Shown one piece after another: positions 42,071 through 55,113 of a stretch of DNA of 64,000 nt. Positions within the stretch are counted from its first letter, which is position 1, and the number at the start of each line of letters is the position of its first letter. Source of the stretch: Candidatus Multivorans sp. (GTDB lineage: Bacteria > Acidobacteriota > Thermoanaerobaculia > Multivoradales > Multivoraceae); assembly GCA_965224025.1 (NCBI GenBank), contig OZ245033.1, forward strand, positions 768,001 through 832,000, in the 5' to 3' direction. The translations under genes and the position numbers were made by a program. Under the pieces are notes generated by a model that was not told the DNA's origin, did not search any database, and was given only the letters and a program-made list of their open reading frames with translations.

Positions 42071-42096
42071 GCCGGCGGGGGCGCCGGCGCACCCAG
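42071..42096 (+). repeat. REP-like repeat copy
   Basis: GCCGGCGGGGGCGCCGGCGCACCCAG. Confidence 0.75.
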
Positions 42097-42301
42097 TTTC
42101 TGCCGCGCAAGCTCCGAGCTGGTCTCCGGCGCCGCGAGCGTACGCGATGCTTCGCAGGCTGGCACTCGAGAGGAGGCGTCGCGACGCTGATCTGGAGCTT
42201 CGAAGCGGGCTGCTAGGGTGCTCGCCTGAGCGGGAACCGCGGTCTGCCGTCCCGGTCCATTGAACAAGTACCGGCGCAACCTCTCGGAGGAGAAAGAAAT
42301 C

Positions 42302-42808
42302 ATGGCGATCGCCTTCAAGCTCAACGGCAAGTCGACTACCGTCGAGGCGCCAGCGGAGATGCCCCTGCTCTGGGTCCTCCGTGACGAACTCGACCTGAAG
42401 GGAACCAAGTTCGGTTGCGGCCGGTCATTCTGCGGGGCCTGCACCGTGCACGTCGACGGCACAGCAGAGCGCAGTTGCCGCATGCCGGTCTCGCGCGCGG
42501 AGGGGAAGGAGATCACGACGATCGAAGGTCTGTCTCCGGACGGCGGCCATCCCGTGCAGCTCGCCTGGCAGGAGATCGACGTGCCGCAGTGCGGCTACTG
42601 CCAGGCCGGCCAGATCATGTCGGCATCGGCTCTCCTCGCGAGCACTCCCGAACCCACGGACGGGGACATCGACGAGGCCATGAGCGGGAACCTCTGCCGT
42701 TGTGCCACCTACACCCGGATTCGGGCCGCGATCCATCGCGCCGCGGAGATTGCGCAGGCGCCATCATCGAGTGCTGCCGAGACGGCCGCGGGAGGGAGTG
42801 AGGCATGA
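42302..42808 (+). CDS. iorA: Isoquinoline 1-oxidoreductase-like alpha (2Fe-2S) subunit
   Basis: [21 protein letters not shown] and GNLCRC. Confidence 0.9.
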   Translation: MAIAFKLNGKSTTVEAPAEMPLLWVLRDELDLKGTKFGCGRSFCGACTVHVDGTAERSCRMPVSRAEGKEITTIEGLSPDGGHPVQLAWQEIDVPQCGYCQAGQIMSASALLASTPEPTDGDIDEAMSGNLCRCATYTRIRAAIHRAAEIAQAPSSSAAETAAGGSEA

Positions 42809-45006
42809 GCGCCGCAAACGGAACCACTTCGCGCCGCAGCTTCCTTCAGGTCACCGCTCTGGCGGGAGGAGGAATGCTCCTCGGTGTGCGCTTCGGACTC
42901 GACGGTCCGCGCGGCGCCGGTGCTGCCGTAGCCGTCGCCGATGCCGAGGCGGTGCTCAGCGCGTTCGTACGTCTCACGCCGGACGGCGCGGTGACGATCA
43001 TGGCCCAGAACCCCGAGATCGGGCAGGGCGTCAAGACGATGCTGCCGATGCTCATCGCCGAGGAACTCGACATCCCCTGGAGTCAGGTGCGTGTGGAGCA
43101 GGCGGACTTCGATCCGACGAAGTACCGGGGCCAGATGGCCGGCGGCAGCATGGCGACGCCGATGCACTACGAATCGATGCGCCGCGCCGGGGCCGCCGCT
43201 CGCTCCATGCTCGTGGACGCCGCGGCGAAGGAGTGGAAGACGAAGCCTGAGAAGTGCATCACCGAAGCCGGAGTCGTCCGCTTCAAGAACAAGTCGATGT
43301 CCTACGGCGAGCTGGCGAGCGCCGCGGCGAAGATCGAGCCGCCCGACCCCCGGACCGTCGCCCTCAAGGACCCGAAGGACTTCACGATCATCGGCCAGGA
43401 GATTCCGGGAGTAGACAACCCGAAGATCGTCGTTGGCGAGCCGCTGTTCGGCATCGACGTTTCGGTGCCCGGGATGAAGCACGCCGTGTTCGAGAAGTGC
43501 CCGGTCCACGGCGGTCGGGTGAAGAGCGTCGACCTCGACGCCGTCAAGGCGTCGCCCGGCGTCACCGATGCCTTCGTCGTCGACTCGAACGCCGCTCAAC
43601 TGCCGACCAACGGCGTCGCCATCGTCGGCGATTCCTGGTGGCTGGTCAACGAAGCCCGCGGCAAGCTCGAAGTCACCTGGGAGGAAGGATCCACCGCGAC
43701 CCAGAGCACCGAGGACTTCGATCGTCAGGCGCAGGAGCTGTCGAAGGAGGCGCCGCAGCAGAGTCTCAAGGCCGACGGCGACGCGGCCGGGGCGATGGCC
43801 TCGGCGGCCAAGACGCTCAAGGCCGCCTACCAGTATCCCTTCCTCGCCCACGCGCCGCTCGAGCCGCAGAACACGACGGCCCACGTTCACGATGGTGAGC
43901 TGGAGATGTGGGCGCCGAGCCAGACGCCCCAGTTTGCGCGCGGCGACCTCAGCAAGGCCCTGGGCATTCCCCAGGACAAGATCACGATCCACTTGACCCG
44001 CATGGGTGGGGGCTTCGGCAGGCGGCTGTACTTCGACTACATGCTCGAGGCCGCGCTCATCGCGCAGCAGGCGGGAGTCCCGGTCAAGCTGCTGTGGACC
44101 CGCGAAGACGACACCCGCTTCGACTTCTTCCGCCCCGGCGGCTACCACTTCCTGGAAGGTGGTCTCGACGAAGGCGGGAACCTCGTGGCGTGGCGCGACC
44201 ACTTCGTCACCTTCGGTGAGGGCCGGCGCTTCGCCCCGAGCGCCGAGATGTCCCGGAACGAGTTCCCGCAGGCGTTCGTGCCGAACTTCGCGCTCGAGGC
44301 CTCGAAGATGCCACTCGGCATCCCGACCGGAGCGCTGCGTGCACCGACCAGCAACGCGATCTCGTTCGTGGTGCAGTCGTTCATCGACGAGCTCGCGGCC
44401 GAGGCCGGGAAGGACCCGCTCCAGTTCCGCCTCGACCTCCTCGACTCGGCGGAGGCCGGGACCAGGACCGCGTTCGACCCCCAGAGAATGAAGGCCGTAC
44501 TCGAACTCGTGCGCGACAAGTCGGGCTGGGGCAAGACCGAACTGCCGAAGGGGACCGGCCAGGGCGTCGCGTTCCACTTCAGCCATCGCGGCTACTTCGC
44601 CGAAGTGGTTCAGGCCACGGTCAGTCCGGAAGGAGAACTCGGCGTCGACAAGATCTGGGTCGCCGGCGACGTCGGCAGGCAGCTCGTCAACCCGAGCAAC
44701 GCGGTCAACCAGGTCCAGGGCGCGGCGCTCGACGGCCTCGGTCAGGCGCTCGACCAGGAGATCACCTTCGAGGGCGGACGCACGCGGGAGAGCAACTTCC
44801 ACAACTTCAAGCTGCTGCGCATGGACCAGGCGCCGCCGGTGGAAGTGCACTTCGTCAAGAGCGACAATCAGCCCACCGGCCTCGGCGAGCCGGCGCTGCC
44901 GCCGGTCCCGCCGGCACTGTGCAACGCGATCTTCTCCGTGACGGGGAAGCGGGTGCGATCGCTGCCACTTTCCAAGCACGATCTGAGCTACGGCCTGACC
45001 GCCTGA
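42805..45006 (+). CDS. iorB: Isoquinoline 1-oxidoreductase-like molybdopterin beta subunit (Tat)
   Basis: SRRSFL, EIGQG, GGGFGRR and GLGEP. Confidence 0.9.
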   Translation: MSAANGTTSRRSFLQVTALAGGGMLLGVRFGLDGPRGAGAAVAVADAEAVLSAFVRLTPDGAVTIMAQNPEIGQGVKTMLPMLIAEELDIPWSQVRVEQADFDPTKYRGQMAGGSMATPMHYESMRRAGAAARSMLVDAAAKEWKTKPEKCITEAGVVRFKNKSMSYGELASAAAKIEPPDPRTVALKDPKDFTIIGQEIPGVDNPKIVVGEPLFGIDVSVPGMKHAVFEKCPVHGGRVKSVDLDAVKASPGVTDAFVVDSNAAQLPTNGVAIVGDSWWLVNEARGKLEVTWEEGSTATQSTEDFDRQAQELSKEAPQQSLKADGDAAGAMASAAKTLKAAYQYPFLAHAPLEPQNTTAHVHDGELEMWAPSQTPQFARGDLSKALGIPQDKITIHLTRMGGGFGRRLYFDYMLEAALIAQQAGVPVKLLWTREDDTRFDFFRPGGYHFLEGGLDEGGNLVAWRDHFVTFGEGRRFAPSAEMSRNEFPQAFVPNFALEASKMPLGIPTGALRAPTSNAISFVVQSFIDELAAEAGKDPLQFRLDLLDSAEAGTRTAFDPQRMKAVLELVRDKSGWGKTELPKGTGQGVAFHFSHRGYFAEVVQATVSPEGELGVDKIWVAGDVGRQLVNPSNAVNQVQGAALDGLGQALDQEITFEGGRTRESNFHNFKLLRMDQAPPVEVHFVKSDNQPTGLGEPALPPVPPALCNAIFSVTGKRVRSLPLSKHDLSYGLTA

Positions 45007-47415
<2,409 letters not shown>

Positions 47416-47449
47416 TTCGGTTTCCCCAACTCCCGGCTCAGTCGCTGAA

Positions 47450-48409
47450 GCGGAGCCGGCCTTGCGGCCGGCGCGTCGCTCTGGCCGCCTGCGGCGGCAG
47501 CTCTCGAAGACCCGCGGGGCTTCCTCGAGATGAACGAGCCGCCCGTGATCTTCGACGAAGTGCAGCACGCTCCGAACCTGTTGCCCTACATCCGGGAGCG
47601 GATCGACGCGAATCGCGATGCGCGCGGCCAGTACCTCTTGACGGGATCCCAGAATCTCATGCTGGCCGAGAAGGTGACGGAGTCCCTTGCGGGCCGCGCG
47701 GCGGTTCTCCGGCTGTTTCCTCTCTCGAGGCGTGAGTCCGAAGGCCGCCCGGAACTTCTACTGCCTTGGGAGGGTGGCTCCGCGAGAAGGCCAGCGCCGC
47801 GGGACGCCTACGGTGACCTTTGGCGCGCGTTTTTTCCTGCGGGTGCTGGCGGCACGGAGCGCGCAGTTGCTGAACCTGACCGATGTTGCCAGGGACCTCG
47901 GAGTTGCCGTCAACACGGTCAAGGCATGGCTGTCGATGCTCGAGGCGACATATCAGGTGATCGTGCTCCGTCCGTACTTCGCGAATGTCGGCAAGCGGCT
48001 CGTCAAGACGCCAAAGGTCTACTTCACCGATGTCGGCACGCTGTGCCACCCGGTTGGGTTGAAAGATCCGGGGCACGCGGCCTCGGGGCCAATGAGCGGC
48101 CCGATCATGGAGACTGCGGTCCTCTGCGAGATCGTCAAGACCTTCACTCACCGGGGGGAGGCGCCGCGGGTCTACTTCTGGCGCACGAGGGCCGGGGCCG
48201 AGGTCGACTTCGTGATCGAGGCAGGCGAGAGTCTCGTGCCGGTCAAGGTGAAGGTCTCAGCCACTCCGCGACCGGCGATGGCCAGGACGATCAGGACGTT
48301 GCAGGGGGAGCTCGGAGCGACCGCTACTCGCGGGTACGTCGTGCATCCGGGCGACGTGTCCCTGCCGGTGGGCCAGGGAGCAAGGGCTTTGCCGTTCGGT
48401 GAGTTGTAG
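47450..48409 (+). pseudogene. AAA ATPase/DUF4143 protein remnant
   Basis: DEVQ..P.L and LTGSQ, then in another frame KRLVKTPKVYF.D.G and YFWR..G.EVDF. The N-terminus and middle are deleted. Confidence 0.85.
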
Positions 48410-48485
48410 GCAACGGAGCGTCGGAAGAGACGTCTGTCCAGGATTGTTGACAGCAGTGTGCGGCGCCGCCGGGCCCCGGCGCCAA

Positions 48486-48513
48486 ACGCTCGACAATCGC
48501 GGTTGTCAAGCAT
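48486..48513. other. Putative recombination site, switch 2 left (11-6-11)
   Basis: ACGCTCGACAA-TCGCGG-TTGTCAAGCAT. The arms are 9/11 complementary. Confidence 0.75.
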
Positions 48514-48569
48514 CCTTGACGTGCGCGCGGCACCACGCGAATCCTGGTGTGGCGACACCAGGCTGCGGC

Positions 48570-49586
48570 TCACAGGAAGGCGTCGCCGGCGTGATCCTCG
48601 AAGGCGTCCGCCAGCCGAATGTAGCGCAGCACCATGCCGGCGCTCGCGTGCCGAGTGACGTCCATGATCTTGTCCAGACGGGCGCCGTGGGCGGCGGCGC
48701 TGGTGACGAACCCGGCCCGCAGCGAGTGCCCCGAGTAGTCGGCCGGGTCGAGACCGATGGCCTGCACGCAGCGCTTCACGACACGTGCCACTTCGGTGGG
48801 ATGCAGCGCCTTCCCTCGCGGGCGTCCGCCCCGCCAGAGGCTCTGAAAGGCGGGGCCGTCCGTGTTTCCGGCTACGCTCAGCCAGCGCCGCATCCGCTCC
48901 ACCGGCCGAATGCTTGAACCCTCCGGGACCGCGATTCTCTGGCCCCTGCCTGGCTGGTCCGTCTTCGATCGCCGGATATGCAGGAACATGCCTCCCGGTT
49001 CATCGGTTCTACCCAGGAACTCGATGTCGGCCACCCGCAGGCCGCAAATCTCCGAACGCCTGAGCGCGCCCCGCGAAGCCGACCGCGACGACCGCCGCGT
49101 CCCGGATCGCCAGCGCTCGGCGTTCCCTCCGCGCGGCAAGCCGGTCACAGTAGGAGAGGATCGCTCTGATCTCACCTTCGCGAAGTGCCTTCACACGCCG
49201 CGGCGGCCCGCCGGCCAGTCGCCCGAGGCCCCGAAGAACGCTCCTCACCGTCTCGTGACGGGCCGGGGAGCCGAGGCTGCTCTCCCTGTACTTGCGGTTG
49301 ATCGCGGCCAGACAGATCTTGATCGTGCTGGGCGCCAGCGGCCCGCCTGTTTCATGTCCACACGCCGTGGGCCGGGCCCCGACGCCATCGCGACCAGGAA
49401 CTCCGCCACGTTCTCGGGCGTGACGGCCATCGGATCGAGCTGTCTCTCCTCGCAGTAGGCGGCGAACCGCCGCCAGCCGTTGCGGTACGCCATGCGCGTG
49501 TTCTCCGCCAGCGAGGTTCGCAGCGCGTCGGCGACGGAAACTTCAGTGGTCGGATCGTCGCGTTCAGGTTCGCCGTGGAAGGGCAT
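48570..49586 (-). pseudogene. Cre-like tyrosine recombinase paralog with two compensating frameshifts
   Basis: Collinear with 13849-14856 (SLAENTR.AY, ALRRSE, SKTDQ, GHSLRAG, LRYIR). Shifts near 49345 and 49070, with a stop at 49245. Confidence 0.88.
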
Positions 49587-49674
49587 CGAGAACGTCTCCT
49601 TGTGCGGGGCATCGGTTCATCGTGCTTCCTCTGCTGTCAAGTCACGCGAGAGCGGTTCACCGGGCGGCCGGAGC

Positions 49675-49702
49675 ACGCTCTGTAACCGCGATTGCCGGCG
49701 TT
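49675..49702. other. Putative recombination site, switch 2 right (11-6-11)
   Basis: ACGCTCTGTAA-CCGCGA-TTGCCGGCGTT. The core is the reverse complement of TCGCGG at 48497-48502. Confidence 0.7.
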
Positions 49703-49707
49703 AGTGT
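49702..49707 (+). promoter_or_regulatory. -10 element (TAGTGT) of a split promoter completed on inversion
   Basis: Would lie 17 bp from TTGACA after inversion. Confidence 0.55.
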
Positions 49708-49959
49708 GGTCGGCACAGCAGAGAAGCCAGTCCGGGAGGTTAGAACGTGGGGCGAGGCGATGCACGGGAGCGGCGGAGGGAGTCGTCGTGGTACGCGGTC
49801 TTCCTGTTGCTCGTCGTCTTCGCTAGGGCATTGCGGCGGGCGCGCCGACAGTCGTCCTCCTCAGTGAGGTTCTTGCCCTCTTGGCCCTCGAAGGGGGCGA
49901 CTTGACACAAGCTGCCGGCGTCGGCTCTGGCGCAGGCGATCACCAATGAGAGGATGCTC

Positions 49960-50271
49960 ATGTCCAGAAGACCACTATCGACGACGAAGCTGCTAACGCT
50001 GGTGGCATTGGCCGCCCTGTCGCTTCTCACTTGCTCGGGGATCGACTACAATATCAGCTATGCGCACGGCTACGGAAACACCGAAGCTGCGGCGTGTGAG
50101 CGTGCCCACGAGAACGCCGATGTCTTCGCGGGAAGGTGTCAGTTGGAACCCTGCCGGTACAGGTCCGAGGATGTCATTCCGGACGATATGGACGACTGGG
50201 AAGACTGCAACAAACGTCTGCCCTGTTACCGAGCGACAATCGTCATTGACTGTCCCGATTCGAGTTACTGA
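49960..50271 (+). CDS. Small Cys-rich secreted protein or lipoprotein
   Basis: Signal KLLTLVALAALSLLTC followed by six further Cys; GAGG RBS. Confidence 0.65.
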   Translation: MSRRPLSTTKLLTLVALAALSLLTCSGIDYNISYAHGYGNTEAAACERAHENADVFAGRCQLEPCRYRSEDVIPDDMDDWEDCNKRLPCYRATIVIDCPDSSY

Positions 50272-50331
50272 GTTCGGTGCACAATGCAGGACCTTGCCCG
50301 GAAGCACACATCGGCGCGCAGGAGAAACAGG

Positions 50332-51671
50332 GGCGCTTCAGGGTTGTGTGTGGGCATGAAGTGACTCCGGCGCGAGGTCGAGTCCGCCGAGATGGAAGTA
50401 GATGGCGAGCCGGAAGTGTGCTCGGTTTCGATAGCCGTGCGCTTTTCGCTTGATCTCCTGTATCTTCGCGTTGATGCCTTCGGCGCGGGCGTTGGAGACG
50501 GTGGACACGGCGGCGTTGATGACGGCATCCCAGTGGTTCTTGATCATCTTCGCCACCTGCTTGATCGGTTCCAGGCGACTGCGGACGGCCCAGTTGTACC
50601 AGCGCTTCCACCGTCGCTCGGCCCAGCCGCGGCGCACGTAGCCCCACGAGGAGCGCGCCATCTCCTTGATCGCCCAAGCGCGAGCCACGCGAAGGTGACT
50701 CGCGCGAAGAGCAGCGAAACGCCGCTGCTGCAGGCGCGTCATTCGTCCACTCTTCATCAACCACAGGTAGCGGCTCCGCTTCAGACGCGAATCCCCCGCT
50801 TCGAGCAGCTCCCGCTGCTCAGCACGGCGAACCAGGTCCACGGCGTGGTTCAGGTGCGCGACGATGTGGAACCTGTCGTGCACGATGTCCGCATCCGTGT
50901 ACTCCTCCACCGAGGAGATGTAGGCCGGCCACATGTCCATCGCCACCTGCTCGATACCCGCGCAGCTCTTCTCACCCAACTCCTGGAAGTAACCGTCGAT
51001 GGCCGACCGGCCGCGACCGTCGGCCACATGGGTCACCACCCCGCGTCCCAGATCGTTGACTACCGTCACGTACTCGTGGCGCTTCCGAAACGACGTCTCG
51101 TCCACGCCGATCAACCGAGGCGGCTTCATCTCTCGCCGTGCCAGACCCCGTTCCACGGCCCGCCGCTGAATCCCCGCCGCCTGATCCCAACTCAGACCCA
51201 GACGGCAAGCCGCCGCATGCACGCTTGCCTCACGCAGCCACTCGACAGCCTCCGCTTCGAACAGCGCCGTGAACCGCGAACCCGAGTCCGCCCAAGGCAC
51301 CTTCAACTGGCGAATGCCGTGCTCGACGCAACGCACCCGAGGCACCTCCGCGTGAACCCGAGTCTGGTGCTGCATCGTGTCCAGGTGACGCCAACGGCGA
51401 TGCCTCTTGTCGTAGCCCGGACACGGCAAACCGCACTCCGGACAGCGAGTCTCTCCACAATGCTCGACGTGGATCTCCACCGTGCCGCCAACCACCGGAC
51501 CCCGGCGACGCGGATGCCGCTCGTCCATGCGAAGCACCACCTCCCGCACACCCCACGGCGGCTTGATCCCCAACAGCCTCTCGAACGTCTTGGCACTCTT
51601 CATCCCGCCAGTCTAAGGCCGATCGGCAGCCTCTCTAGCAGCTCCGTCCCCACACAACAGCCTGAAGACCC
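50332..51671 (-). mobile_element. ISL3-family element with 8-bp TSD GAAACAGG
   Basis: Inverted repeats GGCGCTTCAGGGTTGTGTGTGGG and CCCACACAACAGCCTGAAGACCC. TSD at 50324-50331 and 51672-51679. Confidence 0.95.
50338..51603 (-). CDS. ISL3 transposase
   Basis: CPECG zinc finger, IGVDE, AMDMW, DRFH and SNARAEGIN. Confidence 0.95.
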   Translation of the reverse strand: MKSAKTFERLLGIKPPWGVREVVLRMDERHPRRRGPVVGGTVEIHVEHCGETRCPECGLPCPGYDKRHRRWRHLDTMQHQTRVHAEVPRVRCVEHGIRQLKVPWADSGSRFTALFEAEAVEWLREASVHAAACRLGLSWDQAAGIQRRAVERGLARREMKPPRLIGVDETSFRKRHEYVTVVNDLGRGVVTHVADGRGRSAIDGYFQELGEKSCAGIEQVAMDMWPAYISSVEEYTDADIVHDRFHIVAHLNHAVDLVRRAEQRELLEAGDSRLKRSRYLWLMKSGRMTRLQQRRFAALRASHLRVARAWAIKEMARSSWGYVRRGWAERRWKRWYNWAVRSRLEPIKQVAKMIKNHWDAVINAAVSTVSNARAEGINAKIQEIKRKAHGYRNRAHFRLAIYFHLGGLDLAPESLHAHTQP

Positions 51672-51838
51672 GAAACAGGAAGAAGGGTCGGCTCCTGTTG
51701 CCTTCGAGAGAGGGGAGTTGCTCCGGTCGGTCCGACCCCGGCGGGCACGCCCTTAGGTCCTAACTGACTTAACAAGATCCGCAAGCGTAGCTCCTCGCGT
51801 TGCAGTCCACTGACACGACTACAAAGGAGAGGCAAAGA

Positions 51839-52954
51839 ATGAGTGAGAATCCCCAGGGGAGTCGCGGGGCGGCCCGCCTCCGACTTCTCCCGTCCCTGAA
51901 CACGCCGCTTACGGCAGCGGCCTTGATTCTCGGCTGCGTTCCAATCTTATTCTCCTATGCAGAGAGTCACCGCCAGCAGCCGGATGTCAAGCTGCATGTG
52001 GAGCACTACGCGGTTCGGGCTGACCCGGTGAAGCGCGTAACTGCGGACACGTTGGCGCTGGATCTGGAGGGGCTCGAATCCACGTACCGCCACGTCTCAG
52101 GAACTTACCTAATAGACGCGATGGACCGTGTGCTGGAGGTAACCCAGGCGGTGCAATCGAGCGGAGAAGGCGCCTCGCAAGAAGGGGACGCCGTGCAGAC
52201 AAAGGCTGACTTGGTTGCGATTCTCTCGGATACGCAGGATCAACTCGCCGAAGAGCTGAGGAGGAGAGAGGAGCGCAGGGGTGACTTGATAGGTGGACTG
52301 AAAAGGCTCTTGGAGAGCGGGGACGAAGTGTGGTCCGACGAGTCTTGGCACAGTAACATACGCGAGGAACTCGAGAACCTTGAGAGGCTTCACGCGGACC
52401 AGACGGGTCTTGGCATCGTGGCGCTCCTGTGGGAGGTGGATTCGTCGCCTCCCGAGGAAATGAAGGAGCGGATTGGAGGTCTTGTGGTTGCACTGGAGGA
52501 GGAGCGAGGGCTGGATGAGGGGGATCTGGCGGATCTACTCGAAGAACTGGATGGGCTACGTCAGCAGCACGCCGAGAGCGAACCGACACAGCGTCTTCAT
52601 GTGGAGTTGCTTCTTGAGAACCACAGTCAACTCGGTACAGTTGTGCCACGGAAGGCACGCATTCGGTTCACGGCCGCCGACGGCTCTACAGAGGACGTGG
52701 AGCTTACGGCTGACGGGGACGTCCGAATGGAGGGCCACTCGGTGGCGAACATGCAAGTAGAGTCAAAGGGCTTGGGTGATCTTGACAGCGAGGTGGCCGG
52801 ACTACTTCGCGGCCTAGAGGGCCGGCCCGTTAGGTGCGATGTTGTAGTTCTCGACCTCTCCGGGAGGTCTTGGTTTGGCGAGTGCGGAAAGGTGTCGCGA
52901 GCGGTGAGCTTGGACGAGAGACTCAAACAGGCTCTGAGTCAGGCCAAGTTCTGA
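51839..52954 (+). CDS. Hypothetical membrane-anchored coiled-coil protein (lower-GC cargo)
   Basis: AAGGAG RBS, N-terminal TM, acidic helical middle and beta-rich C-terminus. Confidence 0.7.
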   Translation: MSENPQGSRGAARLRLLPSLNTPLTAAALILGCVPILFSYAESHRQQPDVKLHVEHYAVRADPVKRVTADTLALDLEGLESTYRHVSGTYLIDAMDRVLEVTQAVQSSGEGASQEGDAVQTKADLVAILSDTQDQLAEELRRREERRGDLIGGLKRLLESGDEVWSDESWHSNIREELENLERLHADQTGLGIVALLWEVDSSPPEEMKERIGGLVVALEEERGLDEGDLADLLEELDGLRQQHAESEPTQRLHVELLLENHSQLGTVVPRKARIRFTAADGSTEDVELTADGDVRMEGHSVANMQVESKGLGDLDSEVAGLLRGLEGRPVRCDVVVLDLSGRSWFGECGKVSRAVSLDERLKQALSQAKF

Positions 52955-53706
52955 GTGAGGCGCGTCGATAGTTCCGACGTCATCCTCCCCCACACACACC
53001 GGTGAGCGGCCGCTTTCAAGGCGGCAAAAACGGTAGTAGAGGACGACGGGAAGGGCGGCAAACACCGCTTTCGTTAGCGGAATCGACATCGGCCGCCCCG
53101 CCTCCTGCCGCTCAACAGACCAACCCCTGGAACAAGAACGTATCGCCCGGCGGCGACATCGAGAGGCTCGTCTACAAGAAGGTCGACATCGTGCCGCCGA
53201 TCCTGCCGCTCCCTATGGAACCACTCCTCGCCGAACCCGTGAAGCAGGTGCCCCGGCCGACCCCCTCGAAGGGCCCAAACTGAGGTAGTGCCGATCTTCG
53301 CGTGGAGGTCGAGGAATTCCTCCTCGCGGTCGGGACGCCCTCGTGCTGGCAACGCTGAGAACTGGGGCTAGCGTCGCTTGGAGGCATTGCTTGCAAGACG
53401 AGCCACCTCGGCCGTGCTTCAAGTGTACGGGAGTGTTCCTCCTCGTTCTCTTTCGGCGGTCAGTAGTCGCGTCGTTTGCTATGGCGGTGGGGCGTGTGGC
53501 AGCGGGCCATCGGGGGACGGAGGCCGCGTCGGGGCGCGGGAAGAGAACCTGCGTGATCTACTTAGTTGGGGGGCCGAGAAGCTTTGCCGCGCGTGCGGGT
53601 GGCGGCCGCCATGACCGAGCGAAGCATGCATGCGCTGGGAAAGAAAGCTACTGACCTGATTCTCAGGCGGCACGGAGACCCGAAGACATAGACAAGGGGA
53701 GGCAGC

Positions 53707-54207
53707 ATGAGGTTCATCAAGCTCGTCGGATCCACGCTTGGGGTGTTGTTGATTGCATCTCTCGGCCTGATCGTGTGGGTGAACGCGAGTTCGGATGAGC
53801 AGAAAGAGCAGGCGATAGAAGCAGCGGCCGAGGCGATGGTTGCGCCGTTGGAGGTCGCCGTCGCACTCATGGCGGAACCGCCGGCCGAGGAGCTTCCTCC
53901 AGACGACGTCATGCTGGCGGAGATCGAGACCTTGCTGGCGGATGTGGAAGCGCTCTACGCCGAGCTGATCGGCATACGCGAAGCGATCGAGGCTGCGCAT
54001 ACGGACGAATGGGAGAAGCGTTGGGCCAGGGACGCGGTGACCTTGGCGAGGATGGACAAGAAGCGGGCCGTCGAGGCAGTGAACCAGCGGGCTGAGAGCG
54101 CAAGGTCTGGCTTCGGCACGTGGCGCCGCGGAGCTCCAAAAGGCAATGGTGGAGCAGGAGGTCGCCAAAGCCAGGGAGAAGCTGCCGAGCGTCAGACGTG
54201 CACATGA
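53707..54207 (+). CDS. Hypothetical membrane-anchored protein
   Basis: GGGGAGG RBS and N-terminal TM. Confidence 0.6.
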   Translation: MRFIKLVGSTLGVLLIASLGLIVWVNASSDEQKEQAIEAAAEAMVAPLEVAVALMAEPPAEELPPDDVMLAEIETLLADVEALYAELIGIREAIEAAHTDEWEKRWARDAVTLARMDKKRAVEAVNQRAESARSGFGTWRRGAPKGNGGAGGRQSQGEAAERQTCT

Positions 54208-54292
54208 TCCTGTTGAGTGAGTCGTACCCGCGACTGGGACGAGACGGCCTGCCGTTCGGCGAGCGAACCGATGAGGGTTCGGCGCTTCGATC

Positions 54293-55093
54293 CTAGGCCT
54301 TGTGCCGCGAACCCGGCGCCGGCGGTGTCTCGGGCGGCCCGGCAAAGCACTGGGCCATGCCCATCCACTCGGTGGCGATCGGTCCCTCGACGTCGAGTGA
54401 GGTGTCGGCGACGTTGCGCACGTGGGTGACGACCTGGGCGAAGTCGACGGCCTTGCCGGTGATCCGGTTCGCGGTTTCGTCCGCGTTCCAGGTCCAGATG
54501 TCGTCGAATGGGGCAGTCAGGTGCAGGGCCGGAACGGTGTCGGGGATCTCCATTCCGCGGACCGCGTAGGTCCAGCCGAAGGTGTTGAGCCCCAGGAAGA
54601 CGATGTTCCGGATCCGGTCGGTTTCTTCCCGGTCGAGTCCGAGCAGGTCGAAGACCTCCTGGGCGTGCGCCCAAGTCTCCATCTGCCGTGCGGTGATCGA
54701 ACTCCGCGCGCTCATCGGCGGTCCGAACCACTCCACGCGCATTCTCGGGTCGACGCCCTCGAGGCGTTCGCACATCCGGGGGTAGTACTCGCGCCAGACG
54801 TCCTAGACGGCGCGGTTGCGCTTGCCTTCGAGCCATTCGTCGGTCAGCTCGAGCAGGGTGAGCCGGCCGCGCCGGGTGGCCATGAACTGCTTGAAGTCGT
54901 CGAAGGCGGACTGATCGTGGATCGATGCGTCGGCGGCGTAGTTGAAGATGTGGAGCTGGGCGACGACGTCGTGGATCGTCCACTCCTTGAACAGGGTGGC
55001 CCGTTCGAAGTCGTCGTCCGACAGCGGCTCCAGGATCTCGGCCAGACAGTCGCATTCGGCTCGGAAATCAGCGATCTGCGTGAAGCTGCTCAA
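54293..55093 (-). pseudogene. Second TIGR03084-like gene with in-frame TAG (54803-54805)
   Basis: Collinear with 41175-41981; the Tyr codon TAC has become TAG. Confidence 0.88.
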
Positions 55094-55113
55094 CTCGTCT
55101 CCTTTCTCTGGCG

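Noticed and set aside
53002-53283. Pro-rich 93-aa ORF
   Set aside because: It has no convincing start, RBS or recognisable motif and is at best a remnant.
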